Assembly: GCF_009834535.1 (NCBI RefSeq)
Contig: NC_045697.1
Coordinates: 83,640,001-83,704,000, forward strand
DNA from: Camelus ferus
Taxonomy: Eukaryota
Length of the DNA: 64,000 nucleotides
Direction of reading: 5' to 3'
In this document: positions 1-14,756 of the stretch, one piece after another
Layout: each line of letters begins with the position of its first letter
How positions within the stretch are numbered: position 1 is the stretch's first letter
Position numbers and translations under genes: made by a program
The notes under the pieces: model-generated
Databases searched by the model: none
Seen by the model: the letters and a program-made list of their open reading frames with translations, nothing else
Told to the model about the DNA's origin: nothing

Positions 1-229
1 ACTCCAAAAACAGTATAAACAACATGAAGACATATCATGTTGTGTCCTGATCTCACACAATTGCTTTAATAATGAGCAGAAACGGGCTTTGCATAAGTGG
101 GATGTGAGTAATCCTTTAGCGTCTCTAATACCCAAAGCAGTGCAGAGGCAGAAATGGAGGTTTGCCTTCTTTTCACACAGCTTTAGTTATAGTCTACAAG
201 ATTAGCTGCAGAACAACTCCAAATCACAC

Positions 230-745
230 AATCACAGTATATTTTAAATCAGCTTTATTAATGTATAATTTACATATAATGAAATCTACCCATTTTAATT
301 GTAGTTTGATGAATTTTGACAAACATGTACAGTTGTATACATGCCATCACAATCAAGATATAGAACATTTCCATTAATCCAAAAAGTTTCCTCATGCACT
401 TTTGCAGTCAATCCTTTCTGCTCACCCCTGACCCCTAGTAACCACTCTTCTTTCTTTCACTTAGCGTAATGCGTTTGACATTCCTCCATGTTGTTACACT
501 TATCAGTAACTAGGTTCTTTTTTATTGCTAAGCAGTACTCCAATTTTCAGATATATCACAATTTGGTTAGCCTTTCACCAGTTGACAGACATAGGATTGT
601 TTCCATTTGGGGGCTATTATGAACAAAACTACTGTGAGCATTTGTGTACAGACCTTTGTGTGGACATATATTCTCATTTCTTCTAGGTAAATACCTAGAA
701 ATGGGATTGGTGGGTCATATAATTTTCCAAAGTGGCTATAATATT
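230..745 (-). mobile_element. Old L1 (L1MB/MC-like) 3' fragment
   Basis: Typical antisense L1 3' text: tttattaatgtataatttacatataatgaaat...gggattggtgggtcatat...ttttccaaagtggct. Confidence 0.7.
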
Positions 746-1158
746 TTCATTGAAGTATAGTTGAGGTACAGGTGTGCAATATAGTGATTCACAATTTTTA
801 AAGGTTATATACTCCATTTATAGTTTATACTTATTATAAAATACTGGCTGTATTTCCTGTGTTGTATAATATATCCTTGTAGCTTATTTTATAGCTAATA
901 ATTTGTACCTCTTACTCACCTACCCTATCTTGCCCCTCCCCACTTCCCTCTCCCCAGTGGTAACCACTAGTTTGTTCTCTACATCTGTGAGTCTTCTTCC
1001 TTTTTGTTATATTCACTAGTTTGTTGTATTTTTTAGATTACCCATATAAGTGATATCATGCAGTATTTGTCTTTCTCTGTCTGACTTATTTCACTCAGCA
1101 TAATACCTTCCAAGTCCATCCATGTGGCTACAAGTGGCAAAATTTCATTCTTTTTTAT
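746..1158 (-). mobile_element. L1 (L1MA9/laurasiatherian-type) 3' end adjoining or nested in the older L1
   Basis: attgaagtatagttga...ggtaaccactagtttgttctct...gtctgacttatttcactcagcataatac...aatttcattctttttt. Confidence 0.7.
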
Positions 1159-2314
1159 CCCTAGATACTTCATGTTTTAATGCTAATTTAAATGTTTTTA
1201 TTTCAATTTTCCATTGCTCATTGTTCACACTGTAGTTTTAAGAAAAAGTTAGAAGCAGTATTCTGAGAAGTAATATGGATTAAAGACAAAAGGAAAAAGT
1301 GGCCCTAAATGATAATTCTCCCTAATGAAGAAGAAATTAGAGCAGCAGAATCACTGAATAACAAAAGCAACATGAAAGAATTCTCATTGTTGACTGCTAC
1401 TCTCACTTCTATATTCAAGCATAGAAATTATTATTTTTTTCATAATGAATGATAATACAAAACATACCCAGAGACCAGTGAAGAAAAGACCCTGGACCTA
1501 GGGTCTGGAGGCCTAAACTTGAGTCACCTGCATACTGAAAATGCATATAGTCCAAAATAAATAAACCTTGACAAACATTTCCTTCTTTTTCATTTTTTAT
1601 TTAACTAACACTTGGTGAACATTCACAAAGAGCCAAACACTATTCTAAGTGCCATTAAATGGGACAAATCCTATACTCCATATCGTCAAGAGGTTATAAG
1701 GAGAGCTCAAGTAAGAAAGGGTTATATGAAATACTTGGGTAAAGTGAAATATAAATTTAATGTGCTACTATTATTTTGATTATAATTATGCCATGAAAAT
1801 CCTCATTTCTGGGTGTTATTACTTTAATACAGAATACCAAAATAAGAAAGTGGCTCTGGAAAAAAATTAACTGGATTATAACTAAAGAATCCTAAAATTA
1901 TTCACTCCGTGGCACACCAAAACCCTCTCTCTTCTATTACCCTACAGTTGAATGGTACAAGTACTATGTAAATCCATAGATATGGATGAAGACTAACTTG
2001 TCATTTTTAAACCCTGCAAAGGGAAAGACGAGGCTTGCAATTTATAAAACTTTTTCCTTCCAGATGAAGGAGGTAGGCTTATTAATTTCTATTAATAGCA
2101 GACCTTCTGCTGACAATTTTTCTATTAGGAATCTGGCAAACTCACAAATATGACAGATGGACTGAGAATTCAGAAATATGCCAAAAGACTTTATGCAAAG
2201 TGATGTGGTCAAAAAACATGCCAGTTTCCCTGGTTATAGATTACTATCCAAATAAAAAGATTAATGTTTTTGGTCATTATATCTTATAAGTTGCTTTAAA
2301 AATACTTTTTTGGT

Positions 2315-2542
2315 AGATACTGACAGGCACATGCAGAATAGATAAACAAGATTATACTGTATAGCACAGGGAAATATATACAAGATCTTGTGGTAACTCA
2401 CAGCAAAAAAAAAAATGTGACAATGAATATATGTAAGTTCATGTATAACTGAAAAATTGTGCTCTACACTGGAATTTGACACAACATTGTAAACTGACTG
2501 TAACTCAATAAAAAAAAGTTTAAAAAAGAAAAAAGAAAAAAA
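2315..2542 (+). mobile_element. Young, 5'-truncated L1 3' end with AATAAA and A-rich tail (camelid-type)
   Basis: ctgtatagcacagggaaatatatacaagatcttgtggt...acattgtaaactgactgtaactcaataaaaaa followed by an A-rich tail. Confidence 0.75.
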
Positions 2543-2717
2543 TTTAATTGACTAACCAATAATTACTCAGGGCAAAAGTTTCATATGAAAATTTTAGAAG
2601 AAGGTTTACCTTCCCACCCCTTCTTTATTCCCAAAATTCTGCCCTTTTGTGGTAATAAAATAATTTATAACTTTAAAAAAAATACTTTTTTGTGCTTTGT
2701 ATTTTGTATTATTTTAG

Positions 2718-2820
2718 GTTTGATTCTCATAAAGGTTTCTGGTGTCAGTTACTGGAAGAAGGTAAAACAAAATGCCTTGGAAAGAGCAAAGGAAGAAAAT
2801 ACCCTCCAATGGATCCTGAT
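2718..2820 (+). CDS. NDST3: NDST3 penultimate coding exon (sulfotransferase domain)
   Basis: ttttag|G acceptor at 2716-2717 and GAT|gtaagt donor at 2821. The 103 nt read (phase 1) [34 protein letters not shown], the NDST C-terminal [12 protein letters not shown] motif. Synteny with SNHG8/PRSS12 identifies the paralogue as NDST3. Confidence 0.95.
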
Positions 2821-4184
2821 GTAAGTACAGAGCTTAAAAATACAAACTAAGTAAGCAAAGTGATAAATAATAATAAATCAAGTTTCTTAGAAAAGTGATC
2901 AAAGTAAAAATCCATTCTTTATAAAAATTAAAAGTGACATTTGAACTTGAATGCATCCAGGTTGCTTGTTTGGATTTTTCCAGTGATATATTACCTGTCA
3001 TGTAAGAATAAAGGAAAACAATAGAATTTGCCATTTTGAGTCAGAACAAAGAAGGCAACATCTCATTCCAAGGAGAATGATACACAGAAATTTTAGCACT
3101 GAAAATGTTAACTGAAACCAAGACAGGAAATACATCAACTGGAAATTGAAAATAGGACCAAAAGATTTTTTTTTCCACTGCCTAAGTCACTCTATAGTAG
3201 TAAGGGTGGCCTGCATAATAATATTAACTACTGGTAGGCTAAGCTTGGAACCACTAATAGGCTAATAAGATGAAAGAATGAATATACTTCCCAAATGTTT
3301 AACATACTAGCAGATAATTTAGGCTCTGGAGAATGGAGAAACCAAACTTTGCAGTAGGTGTCTAGTACCTCATGTTTATTCTGTTCAGAATAGTGACATG
3401 GTGATCACTTAATGTTACCATTTTCCCAGTTTGTAAACCCTATTTTGTTTTAGTTTAATGCTTATTTCACACATATTAAAATTTATTAACTGTTTTGATT
3501 TTGTAATCAATCCAGTTGACATACAGTATGGACATAAGAATGCAAGTAGGTTGACTGTGTGAAAAAAAAATTTTTAACTAAAGAATTTAAATATTATTTG
3601 GTATTGTTTTCCCACAATGTTTAATACATTATGTTAACTAAGAATCCTATAGTGGTCTTAGAATCCTAACATGGTCTGAACTTATCTGAGTATTTTTTAA
3701 TACTTGAAGACTCTGAGGACCTTTTTTTTTATTCCAGCCTGATAGAGATCGGGCCTGTCCTCACTAAGCTCATAATTAAATTCTATCGAAAAGGCATTGT
3801 GTGGGCTCTTCCTGTTGTTTTGATGAACAAATTGCATTCTCAGAACTCCAGTTTTCTTCAGTGGATTATTAAAATATACCTTCAAAGCACTATGAAAACA
3901 ATCCTTATACATAAATATTCAAGGGTGATTTCCAAAGTCTTTCAACACAGTAATATAAAATACCTTGTTTTCATGTATGTCAAAGCTATTTCTCTATATA
4001 TTTATTAAAACTAAAACATTTAGAAGACACTAGAACATCTTTCGTAGCATTTCACTTTACTCCTATCAAACACAGACATACTGGACATAATACTAAATTT
4101 GGTGGTAGAGAAAGATGAGAAAAACATAACTTTTCAGGATATCAGTATTTCCGTACCTCTCAACAACGTAATACATTCCTAAGA

Positions 4185-4971
4185 TGTTTTTTCTCAAATA
4201 CCTCTGACACCAAATGTGTGGGTTTTCTATAATTTTTTGCAGACACCAACTAGCTGTCCTACAATTTAATTCAGTTCTGACACTAACTACCCAGGGATAG
4301 CAAAGTCCCCACAGGTTGAGGGCTCAGTCCCACAAAAATGCCCCCCTTCAGACTCCAGTAGCAAGTAGTAGGTTCCCAGGTTACTCATACTTCTGTCCAG
4401 CTTGGCTACAAACCAGGGGTTCCCACAACCCCCACTTTAGGTTTCATAATTTGCTATAACCATCCATACAATACAAGGAAACACGTCACTTCCTATTATT
4501 ATAAATGAAGGTATGTAGGACAAGGTCCAGAAGGGTCCTGAGCACAGGAGTCTGGGGTGTACCATCCTCCGAGCAGATGGATGCATTTACCAATCCTGAG
4601 GCATCATAGAGGTTCCATCACATAGGCATGCTTGATTCAGCAATTGGCCATAGGTGATTAACTCAAACCCCAGGCCCTTCCCCTTCCCCAGAAGTCAGAG
4701 GGTGGGGCTGAAAGTTCCAACCCTCTAATTACATGTTTGGTTCCTCTAGCAACCAGCCCCTATATGAAGCTATCTAGGGGCCCATAAGAGTCACCTCATG
4801 AGCATAAACTCAGAAACTCAGGTAAGGTTTAAAGGAACTTGTTATAAATAACAAAAGACACCCCTGTTCTCACCCCTGTCACTCAGGAAATTACAAGGGT
4901 TGTAGGAGCTCTGTGCCAGAAACCAGAGACAAAAACCAAATAAGTATTTCTTATTATATCACAATACCACA
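4185..4971 (-). mobile_element. Solo LTR, MER21-like
   Basis: TG...CA termini. Contains tctgacaccaaatgtgtggg, gagggctcagtcccaca, ggggctgaaagttccaaccctctaat, and ends tttcttattatatcacaataccaca as in the MER21 family. Confidence 0.7.
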
Positions 4972-7281
4972 TACATACTAGGTTTACTTGAGGGAGTAGA
5001 GTAGCTGATTTCGTACAAATAGTGACCTCTCAGGACACTTCATGGAGGTACTAGAAACATAAACGTGTGGAACATCAGAGTAGGGAGAACTGTCATCACA
5101 CACTGCTTGTTCTCCTTCTACTACAGAAAAACACCAGCACCCTTCCCTACAAGTATCTCTAAAACATCAAAGGATGCATTTCATCCTGGAAATTAAGAAC
5201 ATTGTTGGCCTACTTCCACTCTGACTTTGTTGATCAAAATATATTATACGAAAGGAATAAAAACTGACATTTTATATTAACCACTAAGTCTATCACCTCT
5301 CCAAATCAAAAGCATTTGATAGATCCTTTAAACAATAAACAACCTGATAATTGAAGTTATTATGTGATTCCTTCTTTTATCATATTTTATATGATAAAAG
5401 TGTATATTATTATTATTCCCTCTTATTACGTTAATTTCACGAGTTTTCATGAAGTAGACTACATTAGCATACATTAGCATATATATTATCTGTGATCTCA
5501 CCATCTAAAATAGTTCCCTCTTTGAATGATCATCAGGTAATGTGTGTACGATGAATCCTGCACATCACTGATTTCTGTCCTAGTAACTTCTGGCCTGAAC
5601 ATATTAGACTCTCAAATAGGGCATGGTGTACTTTGCAAATCCTGTATCAGTTATCTTGCCGCATGAGGGAGCAGAGCAACAAGAGGAAGGGGTACTTGAT
5701 TATGGGGACATGATTATGAGGACAGACATACACACATAATGGGGCACAGGACCAGGGGGTGACTACAAAAGCAGCCCTGATACCAGCAGCGAGGTTTGAA
5801 GATAATGCCAAAAAGGCCAATAAATTGAGGTAAGATAATCCTCAGTATTAAAAGGTACGAGCCAAAGGGATGTGTAGTATATATGGACCCAGAAGGTTCA
5901 ATTCCAAAGTTAGTTAAGATGTTAGATAATCCTTTGTCATATGGGAAATATTAGGGGGCAAGCTGGCAGGAGCTGGGCAGCCCTGGGCTGCTATTTTTCT
6001 AAACAAGGCTTCCATTGTAAAGAGGAACAATGCAAAGTGAGATGGTAAGAGAGAACACAGTGGGTAAATTCGAAACTCAGACTCTGCATTAAGACCTAGA
6101 GCTCATTCATGGAGTCCAGACCTGGCTGGCAGCAAAAAGGGCATAGGATGAGCAGGCCCCTGGGTGGGGTATCTGGGAAATATCATTTATCCATACCGTT
6201 CCCTGGCCTGGGTCTGCCAGCTGGGCTTGTCAGTGGTTTAGAGCTAATGACTGAAGACCAGAAACAGAGAAATGAGACAGACTGACGCATAAACTACAGA
6301 AAGGTTTGGGTTCTCCCTTGATCACAGCGATGTTAGAATATAGTACAAATGTTCAGTCTCGTTCCAATGATCATAATTACTGCAAAAATCACTATGTTAT
6401 AGTGAAATTATCAATACAAGGTGAAATATTTTTCTATGTGTTTAAAACAAACAGCACACCAGGAATTAAATAAAAACTTTTTAAAGATTCAGCTCAACTA
6501 AAAAATCTCAGAATAGTCTAAAGCAGGGAGATTACAGATACAGATGCAGAAATCCCCCTTCACAACATTCCTAATAACAGTCATCTAAACTGCATATAAA
6601 CCCCACTAAATGCCATCAGCACTTTCCACTTCTGACCATTTCAGTTATTTGTCTTTATTGAAGGGAAATCTGCCTCCTTGTGAGTCAGAATAGTTTGCAG
6701 GGCATTCCTTCCCTTCCTTGTGTCAAATAATAAAACATATCAGGTTATAGGTTTACCTTGTTTACCTACAACCTTTTTTTAAGGTTTACCAAAGTACTGT
6801 TTTAGCAGTCAGTACTTTGTATATGCCTTAAAAGATCTCTTAAGAAAATATTATATTTAAAATATAAATGTAAATTAATGATGACAAAAGAATATTTGAT
6901 TTTATAGATTTACCAAACCAGCTCTTTCTCCAAAGCCAGGATGATTTTAATAGAATGTAATATTAGGCCCAGTCAGTTGCTACAGCTATATTTCTAGCAA
7001 CTCAGTCTAGTTGTTTTAACATTTAACTCTGCACAGATAGGTCACATATCTGGTAGGAAAGCCCTTTCCCTAGTAAAAACAGCGTTATATGTGCAAAGTA
7101 TGTATTTTGAAGAATAGAGTCCCTGTGTTTATATTGTGCTAAATAAACAGTCCATATGCTTTATAGCAGTTTTAAACCAGTACCGCGTACTTGATACAGA
7201 TTTAAATATCGTCCAAGTATACAAAATATATACTTTGACAATCAAAATGAAATATCCTTTCATCTCCTCCTCTGGCCCCAG

Positions 7282-7401
7282 AGCAGAGCATTTCTGTCCA
7301 GCTACTATCGTGATCACAACGTGGAACTCTCCAAGCTGCTGCACAAACTGGGGCATCCTCTGCCGGCCTGGCTGAGACAGGAGCTGCAGAAAGTGAGATA
7401 G
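7282..7401 (+). CDS. NDST3: NDST3 last coding exon
   Basis: Pyrimidine tract + ccccag| acceptor ending at 7281. Reads [42 protein letters not shown] at 7399-7401, in frame with the 2718-2820 exon. Confidence 0.95.
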   Translation, partial: SRAFLSSYYRDHNVELSKLLHKLGHPLPAWLRQELQKVR

Positions 7402-10200
7402 CACTGAGAGGAAACTTCTCGAGACTCGGCCCCCATTGTAATGCTCACCTCTCCCAAAGCTTCCAGAAGCTACCAAAAGGCTGTGTAAAAAAATATACCT
7501 CTTCAAATGAGAAAAAACAAAAAAAAAGAACAAAGTTCCTTCCATGTGCTGGCACTTGGATGATTAGAAACAAAAAAGAGAAAGTTACAAGCCTTGAGGC
7601 CCAGGTCCTTTCTCTTAACCGGTGTCTGAGCCTGTGGGATTATTACAGACTACTGTGCACTCATGTGGAAATCAATAGCAACCAGTATAAATATCAAACA
7701 CAGATGCAGAACTGTTCCATTTCGTAGTAATATTTACACTTTTATATATCAACTAAGATTGTGTCTCTGTAGATTTTTAGACCACTGTTTGCCTGTACGA
7801 TGTTTTCTTATTCTTTGATTCTATAAAGTGTCCTACAAAAAAGCAAAGTAAGCATCACAATGTAGCATAAAACGCCAAAGCGTAATACTCATCAAAAATG
7901 CTTGCCAAAATATAAATTCACTGAAGTATTTAGAAAGAATTGTCAATTACAATTTGTGCTAGAGCAGACTGGAAAAGTTACGTATGAGCTTTATCTGCAT
8001 CCAAAAAAAAAAAAAAAAGTGCTATAGCAAAAAAAAGTGATTTTTCATACATATAGTCTAGTGCATTTATGCAAAAGTTACTAACTTTTCTATCATAACG
8101 TAATTGTTATACTGAAAGATATGTTGTGAAGCCATTGGTTGAGAAATAGAAACACACTGAGTATACCAAAACAGTAAACAATAATCTAAAGTGTACTAAC
8201 CAAATCCTCTAACAGCACAAATTGTAGGTGTCTAAAGATATATGATTGACAACTTATGTCCCTTTTCTCTGAGCTGCAAATCAACTCCAGTAGTCCTTAC
8301 TGGTTCTATAGAAATGCTTGCATAGAATCTGAGGTGTGTATCATCTCCAGAAACATTGATTTACAATGTAAATAACTGTTTTTTAATGTTCCCCAGCATA
8401 AAACCTATTAAATGAATACTAAGGACAATTTCTCTAGATGATATATTGGGTTACTTATGTTAAATTATAGAAAAACTACATTTCTTTAGATAATTCAGAA
8501 TGAAAATATGTAATGTAGAGATCTATTACAAAAAACAAATTAATATATGATTTTTAATCTGATATTTGCAATGATACAATGCAGAAAAATATAAGCAAAG
8601 CTGAATCCCATTTTTTTAGAGTATTTCATACATCATTCTTATGGAAGACAATAGGAAATAGTTAAATTTGGCGATTATCTACTAAATTAAATGGAAGAAG
8701 TACAAAGATGAACCAGGCACAGTTCTTAAAATATATTTACACTTAAATTTTTAATGATTATATGATTAATAAGACATTCAAAAAATAAAATGTCATGCTT
8801 ATTTTCCTGTGTTTATATTTACTTAAATTTTAAATATACTGTACACACAGGAAATTAAGTAGTAAATAAATTCCCTGCTATGATTACATAAGCCTTTGTA
8901 AAATGTTATCAAAAGTATGATTAGAAAAAAAAGATATGCCCAGATATTTTCATTGTCATTTTAATGTGTAAAACTAAACTCTATTGATGATTCACTAACT
9001 AGAAAACAAATTTTGAGATCCTTCCACTCACTATAAATTTTTTAAATTACATTATAATTATTAGTGAAAATTTTTAAGTGTTATGAACTCAAATGACACA
9101 CTGATTTTGCAACAAACAGGCTATTGGCAGAAACAATCAGTTTTTAAGACCCCTGACTGAAAAGCAAAATCAAAGTCATTTGGAAAAATATGTCAAACTC
9201 AATCTTCACGCTTATGCTGCCTGTTTTGAAGCAGCACATGTTCAATATGCTGGGAAAATGAACATGGTCTTTTGTCTCCACTAATTTAAGAAACCGTCTT
9301 AAGAGGGTCAAACATAGTGAGACTAGGCCCCAGCAGTTACATACAGTATCATGTTTTCATTTTGACAACAACATTTCTACTGATAAAAAAGAAAAGAAAA
9401 ACTGATACGCTATGTTTCAAGGATGAGATGTGCACTTAAACTTCTAGCCCAAGCTACTGGCATAATTTCATCTAGGTAAACTGAGTCAACTACACAGTTT
9501 GCCCTTTAAGAAATGTTAAAAACACACTGGATGCTTGTGTAATGAGAGGAGAAACAAGAAGAGATCATACCACAATGTGCTCACTCATAATACAGGTATT
9601 ATGCTACTGAGAGCAGCAAACCTTTGAAAGGAATTTTGACCACTCCATATATCTGAAAGGCAACATCAAATTCTAGAGAACATGCCTACTTTCTACATTA
9701 TATCTTCCAGCCGGTTATTATGCTCTTCTGAAAGTAACATAAATACACATGAGAAAAGAATGAGAGATAATGTGATTTTCAACTAGCTTTGTATAGAGTT
9801 CCTTTTTCATTGCTTAAAATATGAAACTTCCTCAGGAAGAAATGAAATGGTTATTTCAATGTTTATAGCTATAGTATCCTCATCATTCACATTGAATGAT
9901 AATTACTGGAAACATTTTTTTCTCTGAGTTTTTTAAAATAAAAAACCTGGATATAATTCTGATAGTAGCATGGTACCTCATATGTACAACAATAAACTGT
10001 GATAAGAAAATGAAGAGTTTGGGCCTGGTGATTTCGGGTAATAAGTGGGCATTTGATGGTTTGTGTTTGCCTGCGACAGAGCAGGAGGTGGCTATAAAAC
10101 ATAGATACCACTAATGCAATTTAAAATCGAGAGCTGCATGGAAAACTTCCCAGTAGGAAACCAGTAAGTCTGTTTTTAATAAATAACCTTTCATAGATCT
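7402..10200 (+). other. NDST3: NDST3 3' UTR (3' end approximate)
   Basis: AU-rich stretch with no obvious repeats after the stop. Candidate AATAAA signals at 9991-9996 and 10178-10183, the latter followed by T-rich sequence. The end point is inferred. Confidence 0.55.
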
Positions 10201-11458
10201 TTTTATCAATGCTAGTATTTTTTTTTAAGTTCTAATACATAAAAGCAGGTCCCAGGATCATTCATGGGACCAGAGAATAAGCAAACCACAGCAGCTGTTA
10301 CTTAACAGACTTAAGAGCCTGAATAATTATAGCATTTCTTACTCCCAGTACTCTGCTCTGCCCCCCAAAATGGACTCTTTCCTTTAGAGCTTTAAAAGAT
10401 ATTAGCTAGTCTCTCTTTTATTAAAAATCTAGCAAAACCACCTCTGCAAAACAAAGTGGGGGGGGGGGACCAGGAGAGTTAGATATTTACCTACATTTTC
10501 CACAAACTTTCTTTTCTCTATTCCTGTCCTTTCTTTTCTAGAAATCAGATTTTCTCATGTTGCAGCCCATCCTGTCCACATGCACCAGTCGATTCCTCAC
10601 AGAATCATCTCCCCCACACACAGTTCTCCAATCTAGAACACATCTGACTCCCAACTTTCTATCTAAATATGCCATCATACGTTCTATCGACTCCAGGGCC
10701 AACTGATGACCAGTTAATAATCCAATGCTGTCAATGTTAGTGGCTTATGATGACTTATAATATTATGCTTTCCAAAGACATCTGCAATTTCAAGAAGTTA
10801 CACTTTAGCCCAAAAGCCCACTAATGAAGAGGCACTTCACACCTCAAGGGCTTTCTCTGCTTTCAAATTACACTGTCTAGCTGAATTCCATTCTGCCAGA
10901 GCTGACTCTGCTTGGTCACCACCTACAACATAGCTGCTGTCTTCTTACTGCCCACCCATCTCACCACACACACCCATCCCCAAATAGTTGGCAGTCATGG
11001 AAAGAGCAATGAATACTTGAGGTGGATAATCCTTAAGAAATTACTTGTGTTGGCTTGAAATGTTTACGTTCTCTTCACTTACTTTATTTAAAAGCAAACT
11101 AAATTTCACAAGGTCAAGCCATGAATTTTAGCTTTGAGGATGAAAGCTAAAGACATAGTGTGACATTGATTCCATTCCCAAGAAAATCTAGAGTCAGCTT
11201 CAAGTAAGCCTCTCACCTGTGGCCAGGGGGCCTCACAGAATTTGAGGGCCACTTTTCCCCATCCAGTGCTACTATTAGTTCTTGCTATTTTTTGTCCTCA
11301 ATCTGTTGTCTATATGGTTCTCTATATATTCAGTGTTCTTAACAAAAGTAACAGAGAATTTATATACTTATTTATTAGTATATGAAATTTATTTTTAAGC
11401 TCCTCTTCTACCTTCTTCCATTAATCTTGTAACTATCTTAATCTTTGGGTTATATCTC

Positions 11459-11461
<3 letters not shown>

Positions 11462-11491
<30 letters not shown>
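11462..11491. repeat. (TA)n microsatellite, about 15 units
   Basis: Perfect tatatata... run. Confidence 0.95.
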
Positions 11492-11493
<2 letters not shown>

Positions 11494-13266
11494 CTCAGTA
11501 TAGTCCCAAAAGTTATATATACAAAGATTAATGAATCACTGAAAATGGAACCTGCTATATTTTCATCATCTCCTCTTTAGAGAAAGAAGAATCATGAACA
11601 GTGTCAAAATGTGTTTAAGAAAGACATTCACTTGCCAGATTCAGGTCAAATATTTTATTTGCCCAGCAATCCCTTTCACAGAAGTCAAAGCAAATTTCAC
11701 AAATTAAATACTCACACCACAAAGCTTCCATGATATTGTTAAGAATGTATTTGCCCACGTTTTAGCATACAGAAAACTGAAATAAACTGAATGAAAAGTG
11801 AAACATTTCCAAAGCACACAGGAACTGTGACAAATCTTACATAAAACTGTCTACATCAAGCTGTTTCTTGGTTCTGAGGGAATAAATTAAGTCAGGAAAT
11901 GCCGGCTGTCTGCATTTCTGATGCCAGAATGCTCTATTTCAAATCAATAACTGAAATGGAAACCAGATCTTGCTCTTAAATATTATGCATAATTTATATA
12001 ATTGGACCAGAGAAGACTGGTCTTCTTTTCTCTATTTGGTAAATAAAATTCTGCATCTGAATTTTCTTTCAGTTTCAACCACTCTAAACAGAAATGCAAA
12101 CTTAAAATGCTATATATACTCCTAGGGCTGTGGTGTATCTTTTCAGAACTTAATTTCTGTCTTTCAAAGCAAACAATACTTTAAAAAGTCCACAAAGAAC
12201 ATACTATCAAAAAATAGCATTTGTTTCACATACAAATGAATAAATTGACAAACTTATAAAAAGTTAAAGATTCTAATTTTTAAAATAATAAAAAGCTATG
12301 AACATGCAATATTGACAAATTCTCATTTCCACCTATGATCAACTTAATAAAACCATGTTGCTTCGATTCCCAGTTAATTACAGGGATGTCCTCAGTACAA
12401 CTGGAATAGCAAAGAGGATAGATTGGACTCTGTTTTTAACTAAATAACATTGGGTAGCTCATTTTTCCTTTGGGGTCATCAATTTCCTCATCCATCAAGA
12501 GAAGTCAAATGTGATCACTGGTAACTGCTTTCCCCCTTGCTTAATTTTATCATCAGTTATTGTAACAGTTGACTCTTCCTATCTCTCACACATTCTGCCA
12601 CAGGGCAAGAGCCATGAATTATCTAGGAGGTAAAGTTGGAAGCAGAAACTGGGTCTGAGTAACTCAACCTCTCCTCCCTCACTTCCCTTTGGAAAACACT
12701 CTGGTCTGCTTTTGGCCCATGGTAAGTTCAGCAGAAATCTATTTAAGTACATTATTCAAAGCCACAAACATAACAAAAGGGACTAGAAACAAAAATAGAA
12801 ATATAAATGTATGCTCAAAAATCAGGAGTGTAAGTGAGGAACAATGATACAAAGGAGCCAAATGTCTCCTCCTTCACGTGGGAGCCAACAGATACTGCTT
12901 AGAGATAACAAACTAAGAAATCAAGGTCAACAATGGTTGGAATTATGGGTGAATCAACACAACATGAGCAAAAATGGTAAAAGGGAGTTAGTTATCTTTG
13001 CTAGTTCGGGCTAGAGTGCGAGACCAAGAAGAAATATTTGAATTGTTATTTCCCAGTGCATGTAGTACTTCTATTACAACAGCAATAATCTATCATTAAA
13101 GAGTAAGGCTAAATATGCAGCCCCAATAGTATCCCATCGGATGGGAAGATCACAGAGGCGGATCTAACCAGCAGCTGACATTAGCATCAGATGTTGGACA
13201 TTATCCAGGAGATGAACTAACAGGGAAGAGCTCTCGCGGTGCTTAGCCTTACTTAGTGCTGTAGGG

Positions 13267-14742
13267 AAATGGTTCTAAAGATCTAGTCTGACCCCTGGCA
13301 GGCCCAAGCCCTCTTTAGGGACTCTGCAAGGTCAAAACTGTTTTCAAAATAATACCAATTTATCATATTCGTTTGTCATTGTGTTGATATTTTCATTGAC
13401 CTTGCAAGAGCAATAATGGGTAAAACTGCTGGTGCTTTAACATAAATCAAGTCAGTAACATCAGTCTACATTCATCATCACTATATTCTCCACCAACACA
13501 CACTCATTTACAAAGTTAGCTTCACTTAAGAATGCCCTTAATGAAGCAGTAAGAATTAGTAATACTAATAAATTTCAACCCTTGAGTATCTGTCTTTTTA
13601 ATATTTTCTGCATCAAAACATGAAACATGCCTAGGGCACCTCCACTACATACTGAAGTACATAGCTGTCTCAAAGACAAGCACCCGAGCAATTGTTTGAG
13701 TTGCAACTTCAACTAGCTACTTTATTTTTTTATTCAATTTATTTAATTTAAAAAAAAAAACAGCTACTGTAGTCAAAGAACATCATTTTTACTTGAAAGA
13801 ATGATTGACAGGGAGATATGGTTATTCAGACTTGAGCAATTGGCAGACATTTTTTTTAAAAACTGAACAGTGAGCTTGTCACTTTAAGAAAAACAACTAA
13901 CGGTATTGCCACCGATAAAATCTGAGCTTTCAATGAAAATTAGAACTTGTATCTGCTACTAGGAGCTTAATGGTAGACTATTATTTAAACACTTTCTCTG
14001 ATGAGACTTATGGAGATATTAACAAAAATGATTTTCTAATAGTAAATAATGAAATGTATCAACATTTGGGAGATCTACACAACTCAGTAAACCAGTATTT
14101 TCCAAATAACCAATGCAAGAGGTTAAAAAATCATTATACATGGCACAACCATTACAATGGTAGAAGACCTATTCTCAGGGCAAGATAAACTAACAGTTTT
14201 TAATGTAGCAGAGTATGAAAAGCTCATTGATTTGGTTTCAGATTCCACATTACAAATATCCTTTAAGAAAATACCATTTGTCAAGTTTTAGTGTCGCATC
14301 AAAGAAAAATATCCACAATTATCTGAAAAGGCGATATATACTTCCCTTTCTCAAAAACATACTTGGGTAAGTCAGATTTTCTTCATATACCGCAGCAAAA
14401 TCAACATATCAAAATAGACTGAATGCAAAAATACATATCAGAATCCAGATTTCTTTTATGAAGCCAAACATTAAAGAGATTTGCAAATACGGTACACAGT
14501 GCCACTCTTTTCACTAATTTTGTTTGTTTGTTTTGGAAAACAGTTATTTTTTAACAAAACTATGATCTTATTATGGGCTTGCTCTTCTTGCTTTCAAGTT
14601 AATGTTTTTTTAGTTCCTCAATTTACATTCCTAATATAGTAAATACTGAGAGATACAACCCTTATAAACAAAAGCCATTTTGTCCTCAACAATTTTTTAA
14701 AATTGTAAAGGTTCCTGAGACCAAAGAGTGTGAGAACCACTA
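13267..14742. mobile_element. hAT-Charlie DNA transposon relic (Charlie1a-like, about 1.47 kb)
   Basis: Degenerate TIRs aaatggttct... / ...gagaaccacta. Internal ggtcaaaactgttttc, gggtaaaactgctggtgc, tcagtaaaccagtattttccaaat and decayed transposase-like sequence. Confidence 0.75.
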
Positions 14743-14756
14743 GTGGGCATAGGAAT

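Noticed and set aside
5640..6330. Purine/GC-richer patch in the last NDST3 intron
   Set aside because: No ORF, splice pair or family I can recognise; probably a decayed LTR-type relic, but unsupported.
7129..7545. 138-aa minus-strand ORF
   Set aside because: Antisense to the NDST3 last exon; no independent evidence.
10458..10468. G11 homopolymer and other short tandem duplications (5460, 25680, 40363, 56597)
   Set aside because: Simple slippage products with no array or spacer structure; nothing CRISPR-like in the window.
13970..14188. ORF within the Charlie element as an active or domesticated transposase
   Set aside because: Short fragment surrounded by stops and frameshifts.
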